Source: Negaprion brevirostris (Eukaryota). From it: a stretch of DNA of 64,000 nt. The stretch's first letter is position 1; every line of letters starts with the position of its first letter. Under the pieces are notes generated by a model. The model ran no database searches and was not told the DNA's origin. It saw nothing but the letters and a program-made list of their open reading frames with translations. The position numbers and the translations under genes are program-made. The DNA is taken from contig JARDVH010000193.1 of assembly GCA_030324005.1 (NCBI GenBank), forward strand, positions 85,121,384 through 85,185,383, written 5' to 3'. Shown in pieces: positions 1-13,122 of this stretch.

Positions 1-574
1 TCTACCATGGTGGTATTTGAATCCAGGTCCCCAGAGGAGTGCCCTGGGTCTCTGGATTCCTAGTGACAATACCACTGCACACTGCCTTCTCCAATTTGTT
101 TCACAATCCTTCATTGAAATTTAAAAAGAAGATGTTTTAGATCTTTCTGCAATGACCATGTATAGCTGGGTATAACATCAAGTCTATCTGCAACAAACTG
201 AGGATTATTAAACATGTGTGGATGTGATGGGCAGATCAAGCCTCCTATATTGTAATGACTGTGATCCATATAAAACAGAAGGTGAGTGAGAAGAACTATT
301 TAATGTTAATTACACGTTAGCAGTTCACTTTAGGCAACATTGAAATAATATATTTGGTGTATTATCACTAAAGCTAAATTACTTTTACGAGTAGACTGCT
401 GCTGATAAACATGACAGACACTTTTGTCATTAAAGGTCTGACAAACAACGAGAATGACAGAAGAAATTCTAACTCTTACATTCATAGCCACTTGATCATT
501 TTCACATATGGCACAGAAGGTGGCAATCTGACCGATCAAGCCCGTGCCAGTTCTCTAGAACGTGCAATTCCTAG

Positions 575-750
575 AATCATAGAATCCCTACATTGCAGAA
601 GGAGGCCATTCAGCCCATCATGTCTGCGTTGATCACAATCCCACCCAGGCTCTATTCCCATAACACCATGCATTTATCTGAGATAATCTTCCTGACACTA
701 AGGTGCAATTTAGCATGGCCAATCAATCTGATCTGCACATCTTTGGACCA
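575..750 (-). mobile_element. HE1-like (V-SINE) 3' fragment
   Basis: Reverse-complement tail (catagaatccctac...ggccattc) and core (aatttagcatggccaatc) shared with full copies at 47016 and 60710. Confidence 0.65.
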
Positions 751-864
751 ATCCAACTACCCTGCTTGACCCCTGTACCCCTGAAGGTTTATTAATAATC
801 TTACAAACAACCTATAGGCAACTTATCCAAGATGCTCATCAGGGCTAAAAGACTTAATGCTTAC

Positions 865-1014
865 AGGCCAAGGTTTCCAATGTTTTGGGCTCTATCTGCT
901 GAACTTGCAAAACTTTTTCCATAACATTCTCAATCTCTGGATCATTCAGCTTAGCCCTAGCTTCAAACTCATAAAGAAGTAACAGGGTTTCTATAGGATC
1001 CTTTGAGTCATCAC
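865..1014 (-). CDS. TEX11: TEX11 coding exon 16 in window: GDDSKDPIETLLLLYEFEARAKLNDPEIENVMEKVLQVQQIEPKTLETLA
   Basis: 150 nt, CAG/GTAAG, phase 1->1; LLLLYEFEARAKLNDP matches human LLLLYEFEVRAKLNDP; gene continues beyond window start. Confidence 0.95.
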
Positions 1015-1227
1015 CTGCAAAGATACAGAAATAATCACATTGGTAGCACAATATAATGGATTTATACAAGACTGCATTATTAAAATTCAACTCACAAAAG
1101 AAACTGAATTATTGTATTTAGAAATGTTAGGGTCTTTTAGGTGCAACAGTCTAGGCCTGTAACAATAGCTGCATGTGCTCTAAGATTTGTTCTGTTCAAC
1201 ATTTTCAGGCTGTCCTTGATCACTGAC

Positions 1228-1306
1228 CTGCTGCTGTGGATTTGAGTGTCGCCCAAATTTCCCAACAAACTTGAATATGTTCTCGTGCTTGAGTTAAACT
1301 TTCAAT
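1228..1306 (-). CDS. TEX11: TEX11 coding exon 15 in window: IESLTQAREHIQVCWEIWATLKSTAA
   Basis: 79 nt, TAG/GTCAG, phase 0->1; resembles human [24 protein letters not shown]. Confidence 0.88.
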
Positions 1307-1843
1307 CTACAAGGACAAAATAATTATTATGGAACACAAATGTAGAGACTCCGAATATCTTTAACCTTGTTTTTCAATTTTTTTTACTAACATTGTTTAG
1401 TTTCTCACACTCCACTCATATATTGCAGTTTGTTTGTTTCTGTTTACAATAGTGAAATCTTTGTCATGACCATAAGGATTTCCAGTCAACCAACGTATAA
1501 CTGCACTATGCCAATCTATACAAGTTCATGAGTTCAATGTTATGTAGGAATGGTAGGATAGGTGAAATGCCACAACTGTAGCTGGAGTGGTGAGACATTG
1601 TACAGTATCAATAAGTCAGCTGTCTTTGTGGCTGAGAGAAGTCTACAGGGTGGAAACTACATATAGCACCATGCCACAGGAAGCCAGTCAAATCAGGTGA
1701 ACACAAGTGAGTACATAGTAGTGATAGCGGCAGCATAGTGAGTACAGGACCTCATACAATAATCTCAGCTGAGCCATGTGCAAACTGGCAAAAGGACAAA
1801 TAGATTAGAAAGTTAAATGCATGACTGAAAGAATTGTGTGGCC

Positions 1844-1861
1844 GGGGGGGGGGGGGGGGGG
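1844..1861. repeat. poly-G run inside a decayed CR1-like fragment
   Basis: 18 consecutive G. Confidence 0.8.
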
Positions 1862-3699
1862 CAGGAGTTTTTAGGGTCATGGGACATTTGACATTAGTTC
1901 AGGGTGGAAAAACAAGTTGTTCTATTGGGACATACTCCACTTAAAATATGCTCAGCTAAGTGTTCTAGCAAATTGAATCATTAGGGAATAGGTGTGGTTT
2001 TAAATTGATGAGGGAAAGTTTCCCTTCTAGTGCTAATCATGAGCTCTGTGCTAATCTTGTCTGTGGCCCACACTTCCTGCTGTCTTGACCTTATTTCTAC
2101 TTAAACTACTGACCATCCAACTTCCCTTCCTAGATCCCATGTTGACTGACATTGTGAAAAGTTCTTTTTCCTCAGATACTTTTGCTCTTGCTTTCAAATC
2201 TATCATAATCAGCAAGGTTCTCCAATATATTTTGGAATGTGCAGGCAATTCACTTATGTACACAGGCCCTTTAAAGATTTTGTATGGTTGTACATGTGCA
2301 GTTGTTTCAAGTGGCTGAATTGGGCAGACACTCAGGTACTGCAGACTTGTGTGACACCCTTATTGGGTCTGAGACAAAGGGTGGAATCTTCTGCTCCCAG
2401 ACAAGGCAAGGAAGGAAGGAAGTAGGCTTGAAAATTTGGTGGGTTAGCATCAGTTACTCAGCATATCGGACGGTATTCATGGAGAGAAACAGTCCATTGG
2501 CTGGATTTTTATGTACATGGGAAGACTCAGTGGAGGAGGTAAAATGGCTGAGGAGATCCAATTCCAATTCCTGACCCCATTCGCAGGGTTTCTGATTTTC
2601 AGGAGTGTACTTTAAGGGTGAGGTCCCACTGCCTGCACTCCAAACCTGGCTGGCTCCATTGCAGGATTAGGCATGTCCAAGCCCTCCAGAAATTTCATGG
2701 AATCGGGCCAGCTACAGGACCAGTACCCAATGCTTTCCCACTTCCACCAGAAGAAAGCTCTGATCAGAAGACCCATGATCAGACTGTTCTGACTGAGGAC
2801 CAATTAAGAGTATCTGTTGCTATCTTTCCAGCTCCAGGCAGGCCTACTAACAACATGTAGCCTGCAAGACTAGTAAGGCAGGCTGCATGTCAGCTGGGGG
2901 CAGGGGATGGGTGTCCCTCAATCTGGACTGATCTGTGCATGGTCAAGGGCAGGCAGGGACATGGGGCACATGTGTGGCCACTAACAGCCAGCCTCTGTCC
3001 TTGCTGCTGACACCTATAGCTCCCTTCTCCCTGCAGCCCCCATCTCCCTGCAAACCACACCCCACAAGACTCTCTCCCCCATCCATCTCTCCTTATGCAA
3101 CAGCACCCACAATTTTCTTGGGTTCCCCCTTGATTTATTCCAGCAGTAGCTGCTGCTTTCTCTGTAGCACTGCTGAGTGAAAATATCTATGATTGGCAGG
3201 CAGTTCTTGGCCAGAGATTCATCACCTTCCAGGGTCTTCACTTGGGAGGAAGAAATATCACCGTCCAGTTGATTACCTGATGGGAAGAAGGCACAAGGGA
3301 CCTTCCTCAGTAAGCATCAGCATTTCTCCGTTTTTCTTGGACACTGCTGAGATACCTGCTGAGCACAGAAGATTCCACACAAAGGAAATCCATCCCTTGA
3401 ATTCCACTGCTATCAGTTTGCAGTGTCTAAAAGTTCATTACATCACTGTCCTCCAACACCTATTGTGCAGATGGGTGGGATTTCACTTGCCTGATCATAT
3501 GTGATAACTTGGCCACGAAAAGCTAGTCAAATGCTTTGTGACATTCAATCTTCTTTACTAATTCTCTTCCGGAGTACAGTTCACCGGCAATTCTTGTACA
3601 ACAGGAACCACTTTCTGTCAAACATCCACAGCAGCACTTCCTTCTACCGTGTTATCTGGAACTTTTGCTGCCTCCCAGTCATGGCATAGACAAAAGTGA

Positions 3700-4105
3700 T
3701 CCTGATGTCTGTAAATGACTCTTCCATTAGTCAGTTTCTCAAACAAAAATATTGGTCCACTTCAAGCTGAAAAACTCCAGAAAGCTGTCATTGGTTACTG
3801 CCAAAATTCCTTACATAGACACAATGATTTGGGTTGAAATGACTCTCCTTAACATGGTAGTCATGTTTCTCCTGATTTTCCTGTCTCATTCCCACTCTCG
3901 CTTTCACATCTAGATGTAGCAGATCCACGTGAGACATTGGCTTCCTGCCCAACAGTAATTCAGCTGGTGAGAGACCTATTGTTATTTGTGGCATCATATG
4001 ATATGATATTGGATCAAGAACTGAGAGAGCTTGGTTCCCAAAGTATCACCTGTCATTCTGCTCAATCCTTCTTTCAGCGTTTGAACAGCTCGTTCTGCTA
4101 AAGCC
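3700..4105 (-). mobile_element. Gypsy/Ty3 LTR retrotransposon integrase C-terminal fragment
   Basis: Minus-strand translation GLAERAVQTLKEGL...PQITIGLSPAELLLGRKP...VYVRNF. Confidence 0.75.
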
Positions 4106-4779
4106 GCACATTTGTGTTAAGACTGCCAATGATTGTTGTACCGCATTTAACCCTTGGCGCACAGCCTTCCAAAGTCAATGAGTGCCATGATGTGGCTGTA
4201 TCATTGCCCGGCTAAGCAAGCACCTACATCCGCTTAGAAAAGTGGTCATGAAACACTGTCCAAGGATAGTGCTCCTAATCTTTGGCTCTGTGCTGAAGTA
4301 CTTGTTGACAAGTGCTCAACATGGGCCAACTTGAGTGCAATCTCTTGGAGTGAAGTCAGGACAATATTCAAGCCCAAGATGAGAGTGGAAGATGTAAGAG
4401 ACTGGCCAAAGCTGTCACCACTCCATGTGGTGTGGGGTCTCGCCCAGCCAGCATGCAAACTAAGGTCTGGGCAATAATGTTGTGTACAGAACAACTCAAG
4501 GGGCTTTGAGAGACAGCTGCAGATGATGAATGGACAAAAAGTGCTCTTAGCAGATAAATGCTAACCATAAAGTCTCTCTTTTTGACACTGCACTGTGGAG
4601 ACCATCAAGAACAAGAACCCTGATGGCCTGGCTGTCATTCTTCACACTTATAGGCTGGAGAGAAGATGATGACATCAACGGCAGGACTTGGCTTGCCAAA
4701 AGGAGAAGCAGTAGCTTCAGAAACATGGGATGAGGGGGTCTGATCTGCGCTCAGTGGATGAACCCCAGGGAGCTGTTGC

Positions 4780-5700
4780 TCACAGACAGCTCGCATAACC
4801 AGGGTCTACAGACAGTCCCTGACATACCTACAGATTTCCAAGAACCAGTGTCAAAGACTATGTATGTTCAGAGTATTGGCTGGTCGTATCTGCTGCCTGC
4901 TGCAGAATTTGGCCCCTCAGGGAATTGAGGAATACCTGATGCCAGTGTCGTTGAAAGTGACTGTGGTGCTCAATTTTTACACCAGTGTATCTTTCCAGGG
5001 TTTCATGGCAACCACTCACCACAAGCAAGTGCATCCAATCTTTGCACACAATTTTGTGCATTTCAACCGGGATCAGGCAAAATCAGGAAGCAAGGGCAAT
5101 GGAATTTGCACAGATCTTGGGTCTTCAACAGGTGTTGTGTACTCTCAGCCCTGTGACATCAAGCTGCGAACTATCTGAACTGCAAAGGCTTCCAATCNNN
5201 NNNNNNNNNNNNNNNNNNNNNNNNNNNNNNNNNNNNNNNNNNNNNNNNNNNNNNNNNNNNNNNNNNNNNNNNNNNNNNNNNNNNNNNNNNNNNNNNNCAA
5301 AGGCTTCCAATCAGCTGATCTGCAACCACACCAAATGCATTCTGCAGATGTGCACTCAATTCCCAGGGAATGTGCATGATTCCTACATTTTCCACCACTC
5401 TCAGATTGTGACATCTCTCTAAGTTAACAGCAGCTGCAGGGTTGGCTCCTTGACAACAAAGGCTACTGATGATGCTGGTGCAGAGGTCACAGAGCACAGC
5501 AGAGATAAAGTACAATGAGGCTCATGCTGCACTCATATTCTGGTTGAACAGTGCATTGGGATTTTGAAGATGAAGTTCTAGTGCCAGGACTGGTCTGGTG
5601 GAGCCCTGCAATACAATCCACAGAGTGTGTAATGTACTGTCAGTCATTGCTCGCTGCAACCTATACAATTTGACGCTGAAATGGGGGAAAAAACTGCCCA
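4780..5700 (+). mobile_element. PIF/Harbinger (HARBI1-like) DDE transposase pseudogene
   Basis: Motifs MPVSLKVTVVLNFYTSVSFQG, QLICNH..ILQMCTQFPGNVHDSYIF, GWLLDNKGY, YNEAH, VEQCIGILKMKF*C.D.SGGALQY; stops and frameshifts present. Confidence 0.8.
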
Positions 5701-7427
5701 AAGGGGTGAAGCAGCAGCATGTTTCCCACAATAAGGAGTACACAAAAGGGGATAAACCTTGAGGGCAAGGATTTTGGCCAATGAGGTAATGGTGGTGTCC
5801 AGACGAAACAGACTAGATCAGGGTATGCTCGTTGATTCAAGGAAGGTGACAAGGACACCTAGTGAGAACATCCCATTATCTTCACATCAATTGTGAGAGA
5901 ACTGTACTTGTGCCTGACTGATGGAAGCACAGAGACTATGTGTAGTAAAGCTTCCTGTCATGGAGATGCAGCGGATGCCTGTTGTCCCTACATTCCAGTA
6001 GGATGATGATGACCCGCAGTGGGGACAGTCCACAGATCCTCACAGAGCATAGGTGGAGTTTCTGGTGCAGATGGAGGAGGAGAAAGTGGGTTCCCGGACA
6101 CGCGTCCTTTGTTTGAACAGAGGGGAGTNNNNNNNNNNNNNNNNNNNNNNNNNNNNNNNNNNNNNNNNNNNNNNNNNNNNNNNNNNNNNNNNNNNNNNNN
6201 NNNNNNNNNNNNNNNNNNNNNNNNNNNNATGGCGGGGCAGGCTCGAAGGGCTAGATGGCCTACTCCTGCTCCTATTTCTTATGTTCTTATATGCCAATTC
6301 CTGACTTCTGCTTAGCTAACGGCAGCTCACTTGCTGTCAATGGACAGGATCACATCATGGTCATGCAGCAGGGAAACATTAACCTCTCCTGATTCTATGG
6401 CTTCTTTAATGAGCTGAATCCTTGAGGAACGCAGTCACTGGAGGCAGAAGCTGATGGGATGGGGAGACTGTCACATGTCAAAGAGAGCAGAGAGCACACA
6501 TGGAGAATGACTGGAATCTGTGATGCCAGCCCTGTACAATATGGCAGAGATCCCAAGTCCCACTGAGATACAGGAATGACTGAAGTGTTCAGTCACTGTG
6601 AAGAAATGCCATCAACATACTAGGAAGTTTACAAAACACATGGAGAAAGCCCTAAACTGAACACCCTGCCGTTATCTTGTGCAGGAAATAGATTTTCACT
6701 TCAGATTGCCAGGAATGCAAGGATAGGGTGAAATTATTTTTTTACGGAATTGAATGTCATGTCCAAGTGATTAACACCTGAGCCCATGATGTGCAACTAT
6801 GACTTCTTTAACCTTCGATATCTTTGGATGCCCCTGCCTCAGCCTGCTGTGGATTGGATATTGTGGTGTGCTCAGCAGCTTGTGACCTTGAAGCTGCTCT
6901 AAAACTGGTTCCCATCATTGTGCGCATGTCTCTGTGATAGTGGAGGGTGTGGGTAAAAAATTTTACTGTCAAGCACCTGGCTTACTAAACACCTTGGTTA
7001 CACTCCAAATGTGCCTGCAAAAAGGAGATGTGATCAGTGCATGGTAGGAGCTGAGAAACTGGAGATGTTATTCACAGCATGAGTCTGATGGATACTGCAG
7101 TGCTGAATCCACTTGGTTGAGTGCCACTGACCTCATAATCAGTACAGGAATGGTCCACATGCCCTCTGACCAGCTGAAGTGCTCTCTCCTCAAGATCTGT
7201 GCGTTCCTTAAATTCAGCCATTCTTCCACTAATCTGGGATTTATCTCTCTTGTAATATGCCAGCTTGTCCTGAATGAAGACAGATCGAGAGTGCAAAAGC
7301 AGGCCAACTGCCACGCCAGATGAGAAGGACACCTGACATGCGTGTGTGGTGAATGTGGACATGGACAGGCCGAGGACATAACCCACAGGGGAGATGAAAG
7401 TGTATGGTAGTGATGTCCCTTGAGCTA

Positions 7428-7506
7428 GGGGTGGCACAGTAGTTAGCACTGCTGCCTCACAGCACCAAGACCCCGGTTCAGTTGCAGCCTCTGTGTCTGT
7501 GTGCAG
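7428..7506 (+). mobile_element. tRNA-derived SINE head (HE1-like), truncated by gap
   Basis: ggtggcacagtagttagcactgctgcctcacagc (A-box) and ccggttca (B-box-like); a second head follows the gap at 7843-7885. Confidence 0.75.
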
Positions 7507-9114
7507 NNNNNNNNNNNNNNNNNNNNNNNNNNNNNNNNNNNNNNNNNNNNNNNNNNNNNNNNNNNNNNNNNNNNNNNNNNNNNNNNNNNNNNNNNNNNNN
7601 NNNNNNNNNNNNNNNNNNNNNNNNNNNNNNNNNNNNNNNNNNNNNNNNNNNNNNNNNNNNNNNNNNNNNNNNNNNNNNNNNNNNNNNNNNNNNNNNNNNN
7701 NNNNNNNNNNNNNNNNNNNNNNNNNNNNNNNNNNNNNNNNNNNNNNNNNNNNNNNNNNNNNNNNNNNNNNNNNNNNNNNNNNNNNNNNNNNNNNNNNNNN
7801 NNNNNNNNNNNNNNNNNNNNNNNNNNNNNNNNNNNNNNNNNNGGCAGCACAGTGGCACAGTAGCATTGCTGCCTCACAGCGCCACAATCCTCTGGACTCT
7901 GGAGAAGTACCAGTGGATTGGAAAACTGCAAATAGAATATCTCTGTTCATGAATGGAGCAACATAACCATAGCCCTGTTAGCCTAACAACAGTCATACAG
8001 CAAATGCGAGATTCCATTAGTAAGGAAGTAGGCCAGGGCAGTTAGAAAATCATAATACAATCAAATCAGAAAACACCTACATGGTTTTGTGAAAAAGGAA
8101 TAGCATTCAACAAATTTATCAGCATTAAGTAACAAGCAGGGTATGGGCAGTCAGGTTGGAGTACAGTTTTTAGAAAAGCTTTTCAAAGAGCAGGAAGTAA
8201 GGCGGGGTGCACTATCTTCGACAGAGGGAGCCGTTGAATATTGGGGACGGCCCTCTTTCTTCCTGCCCATCTGCTCTATTAAGCACACCCCGATCTCTTC
8301 AAAACCTTGCCACTCAAAGTGTTTTGTCCTCCCTGCCCAGATCCTGATCCTTGCTCTAGGAATCATTGCTCCTCTTCCTTGTTCCTGGTGCAAAATTGTC
8401 AGAAGTCCATTAATATGCTCTTGGTGCTGCCAAGATTGATAAAGAGTTGCAGGCCAATCCCTATCAGGTGGCTTCCTCCCCAGTGCACCAAATTATTAGA
8501 CTACATGCTGACTTCACTTCAATGGAGATGGTGAGTCATCCATGCCCCCTGTAATATTCAACCCTGTTTCTCTCTCCATTTCAGCATTTTTAGTTCAGGT
8601 TTCTAGCGTGTGCAAAATTCTACACCTCTACACAGTAGTTAATTTACCAATTACCCATCATTCTGCAAATTTATTGCCTTCCTGTTTTGTCGCAATCTTC
8701 CTCTGTAATAACTACAAATCCCAATTTGGTGTCATTCACAAATTTTGAAACCAAAATCAAGATGGTGAAGAACTAGTTTATATTTTGAGTTGTGGTTGAT
8801 TAATAACTACAAAGGACAAAGAAAATTACAGCACATGAATAAGCTCTTTGGCCTTCCAAGCTTGCACTGACCATGCTGCCCAAGTGAACTAAAACCTCCT
8901 ACCCTTTCCGGGACCATATCCCTCTGTTCCCATCCTATTCATGTATTTGTCAAGACACCCCTTACAATACACAATAAGTCTCAGAAAAGTCATGAGAATT
9001 TTTTCTGACATCAATTGATGTACCTCTAGTGTCTGCTAGATAAAATAAATAGTAAACCATATGCAAAAATTCTATGTCAATATAACAAGACTCCCAAATG
9101 TGAGCTCGTCACAC

Positions 9115-9231
9115 CTGCTCTGAAGTATTTGTTGCTTTCCGACCAATTTCCAGGCTAGCTGCTGCAGCCATTAATAAACAAGTCTCTTGACCAATCAGGA
9201 TAGCTTTGTCAGTTGATACCATCTGTGAAAG
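9115..9231 (-). CDS. TEX11: TEX11 coding exon 14 in window: LSQMVSTDKAILIGQETCLLMAAAASLEIGRKATNTSEQ
   Basis: 117 nt, TAG/GTGTG, phase 0->0; resembles human [29 protein letters not shown]. Confidence 0.94.
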
Positions 9232-10689
9232 CTAAAAAGAAATATGATATGCAGGTGCTCAGCAAAGATAATTGAAAACAAACAATATGGAGGTTAAATT
9301 CAATTTTGGCAGTGGGGAGGGGTGTGTGGTGCAAAATGCAAGGCAGCAAATCACCTGCCCATTGTACAATCCTTCTAACTTTTCTTTCCAATGATTTTAA
9401 AGCTGAGTTTCACTCCTATATATTTAAATAATCAATTATGACAGTTTTCAATAGTGGGAACACTTCAAAATAATTAACTGTCCAGTCTGAATTTTCTTTC
9501 TTTCTCACTTACACTCAGCTGGTTCATTGTTCACATCCTCTTATGTTCAAGAGCTGTAATAGAAAACTGTATTCCGGCACTGAAAATATTGAGACTTTAT
9601 AGCAGGTCTACCAGTGTCTGAAGACAGAAAAGCTAAGGTAACTTTCCACAGATGAAAGTCGATTTTTCCAAAGATAAGTTTCTGGAGACAGAGAAGGTGA
9701 TTTTCCCAAAAAGAAACCAAGTGCCCAATGGGCAGGATTTTCCTGCCTCTTTCTTGAGTGTAATTAATGAGGTGAATTTTTGACACTCTATGCATCAGAC
9801 AGTCCACTGGGGGTTTCATGCTGCTGGGGGAGATGCCTAAGAGGCCGGCATCAGTGTGCTGAGCGGGCTACTGTAAGAGTGCCGGTCTGTCATAGCAAAA
9901 TTGCTGGCATGTGCATTGGCCCTCACCACTGCACTCACCCCACCCCAAACTGCTGGCCTCCCAATGTTTNNNNNNNNNNNNNNNNNNNNNNNNNNNNNNN
10001 NNNNNNNNNNNNNNNNNNNNNNNNNNNNNNNNNNNNNNNNNNNNNNNNNNNNNNNNNNNNNNNNNNNNNNNNNNNNNNNNNNNNNNNNNNNNNNNNNNNN
10101 NNNNNNNNNNNNNNNNNNNNNNNNNNNNNNNNNNNNNNNNNNNNNNNNNGCTCAATAGCCTCTGCCTCACCGTCGAAGTCATGATGCCTTGTCCCTGTTT
10201 ATGGGGACCAGTTTTAAATCCCACTGGTGGGAACCTCTCCCGGACAGGGCAACAATAGTGAGCTCGGACGATACTGTCCTAGGCTTGCTAATGACACTGA
10301 AATCGCAATTTAAATATGGGAATCAGCCTTGTGCTGTTTACTGCAGCGAAGCTAATCACGCCATAAAAACTCGCCAGGCAAAGCACCCCTACTGACACTT
10401 CCCAGCCTGCTCCTCTAATTGAGCAGTGAAGATAAGCAAACCTCTTCACTGCACTGGACAAGATAAAATCTTCTTCACACTCTCTCAACTATTCCTTTTA
10501 TTTCAAAAATGAGCACTTAAGTGTTTCTAACCTAACCCTAGACTCCAGATCAAAGGGCATCTGTAAAATATTTCTCCATATTTACAATGTCAGTCAGTAA
10601 CTATATGAATTAGTTGGTTAAGAAGCTTAGGCTGCTGTTGACAAGTGGATTTACAAATTTATTAAGATTAATACATTGTGTCTTTGGAT

Positions 10690-11830
10690 ACAAAGGGCAA
10701 AATTCTCCAGCACTGTCAGCAGGAATTCTGATGGGCATCAAGGCAAGCGGGGTTCAGCCAGCTCACCAACTCTCATCAGGTACCTGCCCAGAGTGGACAA
10801 CAATCAGATAATTATTCAAAACCTTAATTTTTAATAACATTAACAGGCTGGACAGCACATTCAATGGCCTCCCGCCATACACCCATGAGATGTAGATATC
10901 ATGCACACTCCGCAGTTGCAATTTACACATGTGCTTCTGATANNNNNNNNNNNNNNNNNNNNNNNNNNNNNNNNNNNNNNNNNNNNNNNNNCTTCATGAT
11001 GGGCCCAGCCTTAAGTTGATCTAGTTGACTACCCAGGCGTTCAGTGCTTCTGTTACCATACTGATGTACTTGTGTGCCACAGAGGTCTCCAGCTGGAGGC
11101 CTGGAAGGACCCAATGATGAAAACATTTAGGGCTGCTGTGACTTTCACTGCCAAGATGAGTGGGTGTCCTCCTACTCTATGTGGTGCCAGATTCACGAAG
11201 AACTGCCACAGGTATCAGGAAGGTCTCCTTCCTGAAACACAGACTGTGGTTGCACACAGCATCCTGCAGCCCACAAATGGACGAGGATCCTGTACATTGG
11301 GCCCCCTCAGGCCAATGGGCAGCTGCAACCTGACCTGGCTGGCAGGACCCTGTCCCCCTGCTGCAGCCTCTGCCTGACCTTGCAGCAGGTGGTTGTCTCC
11401 CTCCTCATCAGGAACAAGAATTACTGTCAGGCCTATTGGCACCCACCTGAACGACTTGTGCACTGGCTACCAGGAATGGTTGGAGGTCAGACAGATGGTG
11501 GTGAACCACCCTCATGGTTTTTATCTGATGGGTGACTATCGTAGAGAACACTGCAGAGTTCATACATAGGGAGGACCCATGTTAACACTTCCCAAGCTCC
11601 GTTGTTTGGGGCAACAGCTGATTCTTGTAACTGTTAGTGAAGCCTGGGATAGAATGTTGGCAGAAGCCACAGGGCCTGTCCAGCAGGCAGATGGCAGGGT
11701 AACCAGAGCAACATTGGTGGGGTTGGGACCCAATCTCATTGGAGTGAAGCAGTTCACGCCAGTAAAAAGGGGCTGGGAAGGTAGCAAATTGTTTGGTGCT
11801 GGGCACGAATCACATTTTTAACATTTTTAT
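10690..11830. mobile_element. Decayed Harbinger element: transposase N-terminal part on minus strand (about 11030-11300), possible Myb/SANT-like ORF remnant on plus strand
   Basis: Minus strand GHPLILAVKVTAALNVFIIGSFQ...GDLCG, homologous to the 4780 copy; plus ORF 11579..11821 contains an AW..M.AE helix motif. Confidence 0.55.
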
Positions 11831-12189
11831 TTTCCCAACTCGCCACAATGATTAATGGGCGCGGTGAGCTGGTAGGATCGTTCCCATGGCATGAGGAGGT
11901 TTCCAATTTATTGACTGACTTGTCGAATCAGAAGTTAAGTATCGTGTGGGAGGAGAACAGCTTGCTAACTGCCTTGCACAAAACCTCTGGCGCTTGGCTT
12001 CTTTTAGCCTATCATCTCACTCTTCTTTTAAAATGGCTCTGCATGGGTACTTGAAGCACCATGGTCACCCATTTGACTGATATCACAATTGCAAACTTTT
12101 AAAAGTTTAATTCACTATTCCTCCCAGATTAATTGAAATTCTATTTGAATAGAACAGCGATAAAATATTAAAAATACTGTTTGACACAC

Positions 12190-12260
12190 CTGATAAGAAA
12201 GGATGAAAAACTCCCTCATTCTGTTTGGGCAGTCCTCACATTGCAGAGCTAAATTCCAGG
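12190..12260 (-). CDS. TEX11: TEX11 coding exon 13 in window: (A)[23 protein letters not shown]
   Basis: 71 nt, AAG acceptor, GTGTG donor, phase 1->0; resembles human [24 protein letters not shown]. Confidence 0.93.
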
Positions 12261-12771
12261 CTTACAAATATAAAACACACAGATATCATTGGTAATACAT
12301 TTTTTCCTAATCTATTTAGTTCCATTCACTTTGTAGCTGATGTTACTGTAATAAAAATAATTGCAACTCATCATTTCATGGATTAGTGATATTTATTGGT
12401 ATTCTAATCATATCAAATTCATTCAGCCCACATTCTCACCTTTGCAGCAGGTCCAGAACAATTCACTCATTAATGACAGTGCCAATGACTTTAAGGGTAC
12501 AAAGTTGAATTGTGCAGCAGCTGAGGTGTTTTCAAGGCAAGACTTGTTATTTTTGATAAACCTATTTTCAGCATTCAGATGTTGCCGCCAATATGATTCA
12601 ATACTGACCAAAATTTAAAATATCAAAATAATAATCATCTTTTGTGGCACTGGGATCAGTTTTGAACGGGCTCATGGAACAATCATTCACCAAATCTTAT
12701 ACTTTTCTTAATCTCTATGGTTGATGGTGGCCACAAGGCCAGATAACGGTGGCTTTAATTTTGTAGACATC

Positions 12772-13122
12772 AATCCATAGAATGCCTACGATGCAGGTGG
12801 TCATTCGGCAAATTGAGTCTGCCCTGACTCTCCAAAAGACCATCTTACCCAAGCCCAGTACCTCAGCCTATCCCCTTAACCCCACACATTTACCATGCTA
12901 ATCCACCTAACCTACACATCCTTGGACACTAAGGGGCAATTTAGCAGGCCAATTAGCCTAACATACACATCTTTGGATTGTAGGAGGAAACCAGACCATC
13001 CAAAGGAAACCCTTGCATACATGATGAGAACGCAAACTCTAGACAGTCATCCAAGGCTAGAATCAAATCCGGGTCCCTTGTCCTGTGAGGCAACAGTGCT
13101 AACCACTGTGCTATCCTGCCAC
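12772..13122 (-). mobile_element. HE1-like V-SINE, near full length
   Basis: Reverse complement of tRNA head (gcacagtggttagcactgttgcctcacag), core and CR1-like tail. Confidence 0.85.

Noticed and set aside
1-860. Further TEX11 exons at the window edges (also 63370-64000)
   Set aside because: No segment with suitable splice sites and similarity to the expected flanking TEX11 peptides was found by eye.
5183-5312. caaaggcttccaatc repeated across a 100-N gap
   Set aside because: Probably a contig-overlap artefact; it could be the TSD of an unassembled insertion, but that cannot be assessed.
7428-7506. tRNA genes at SINE heads
   Set aside because: tRNA-like A/B boxes run directly into SINE core sequence; no complete cloverleaf.
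7072-7966. Long ORFs in the track (also 50514-51150 and 54617-55497)
   Set aside because: Their length is due to runs of N translated as X.
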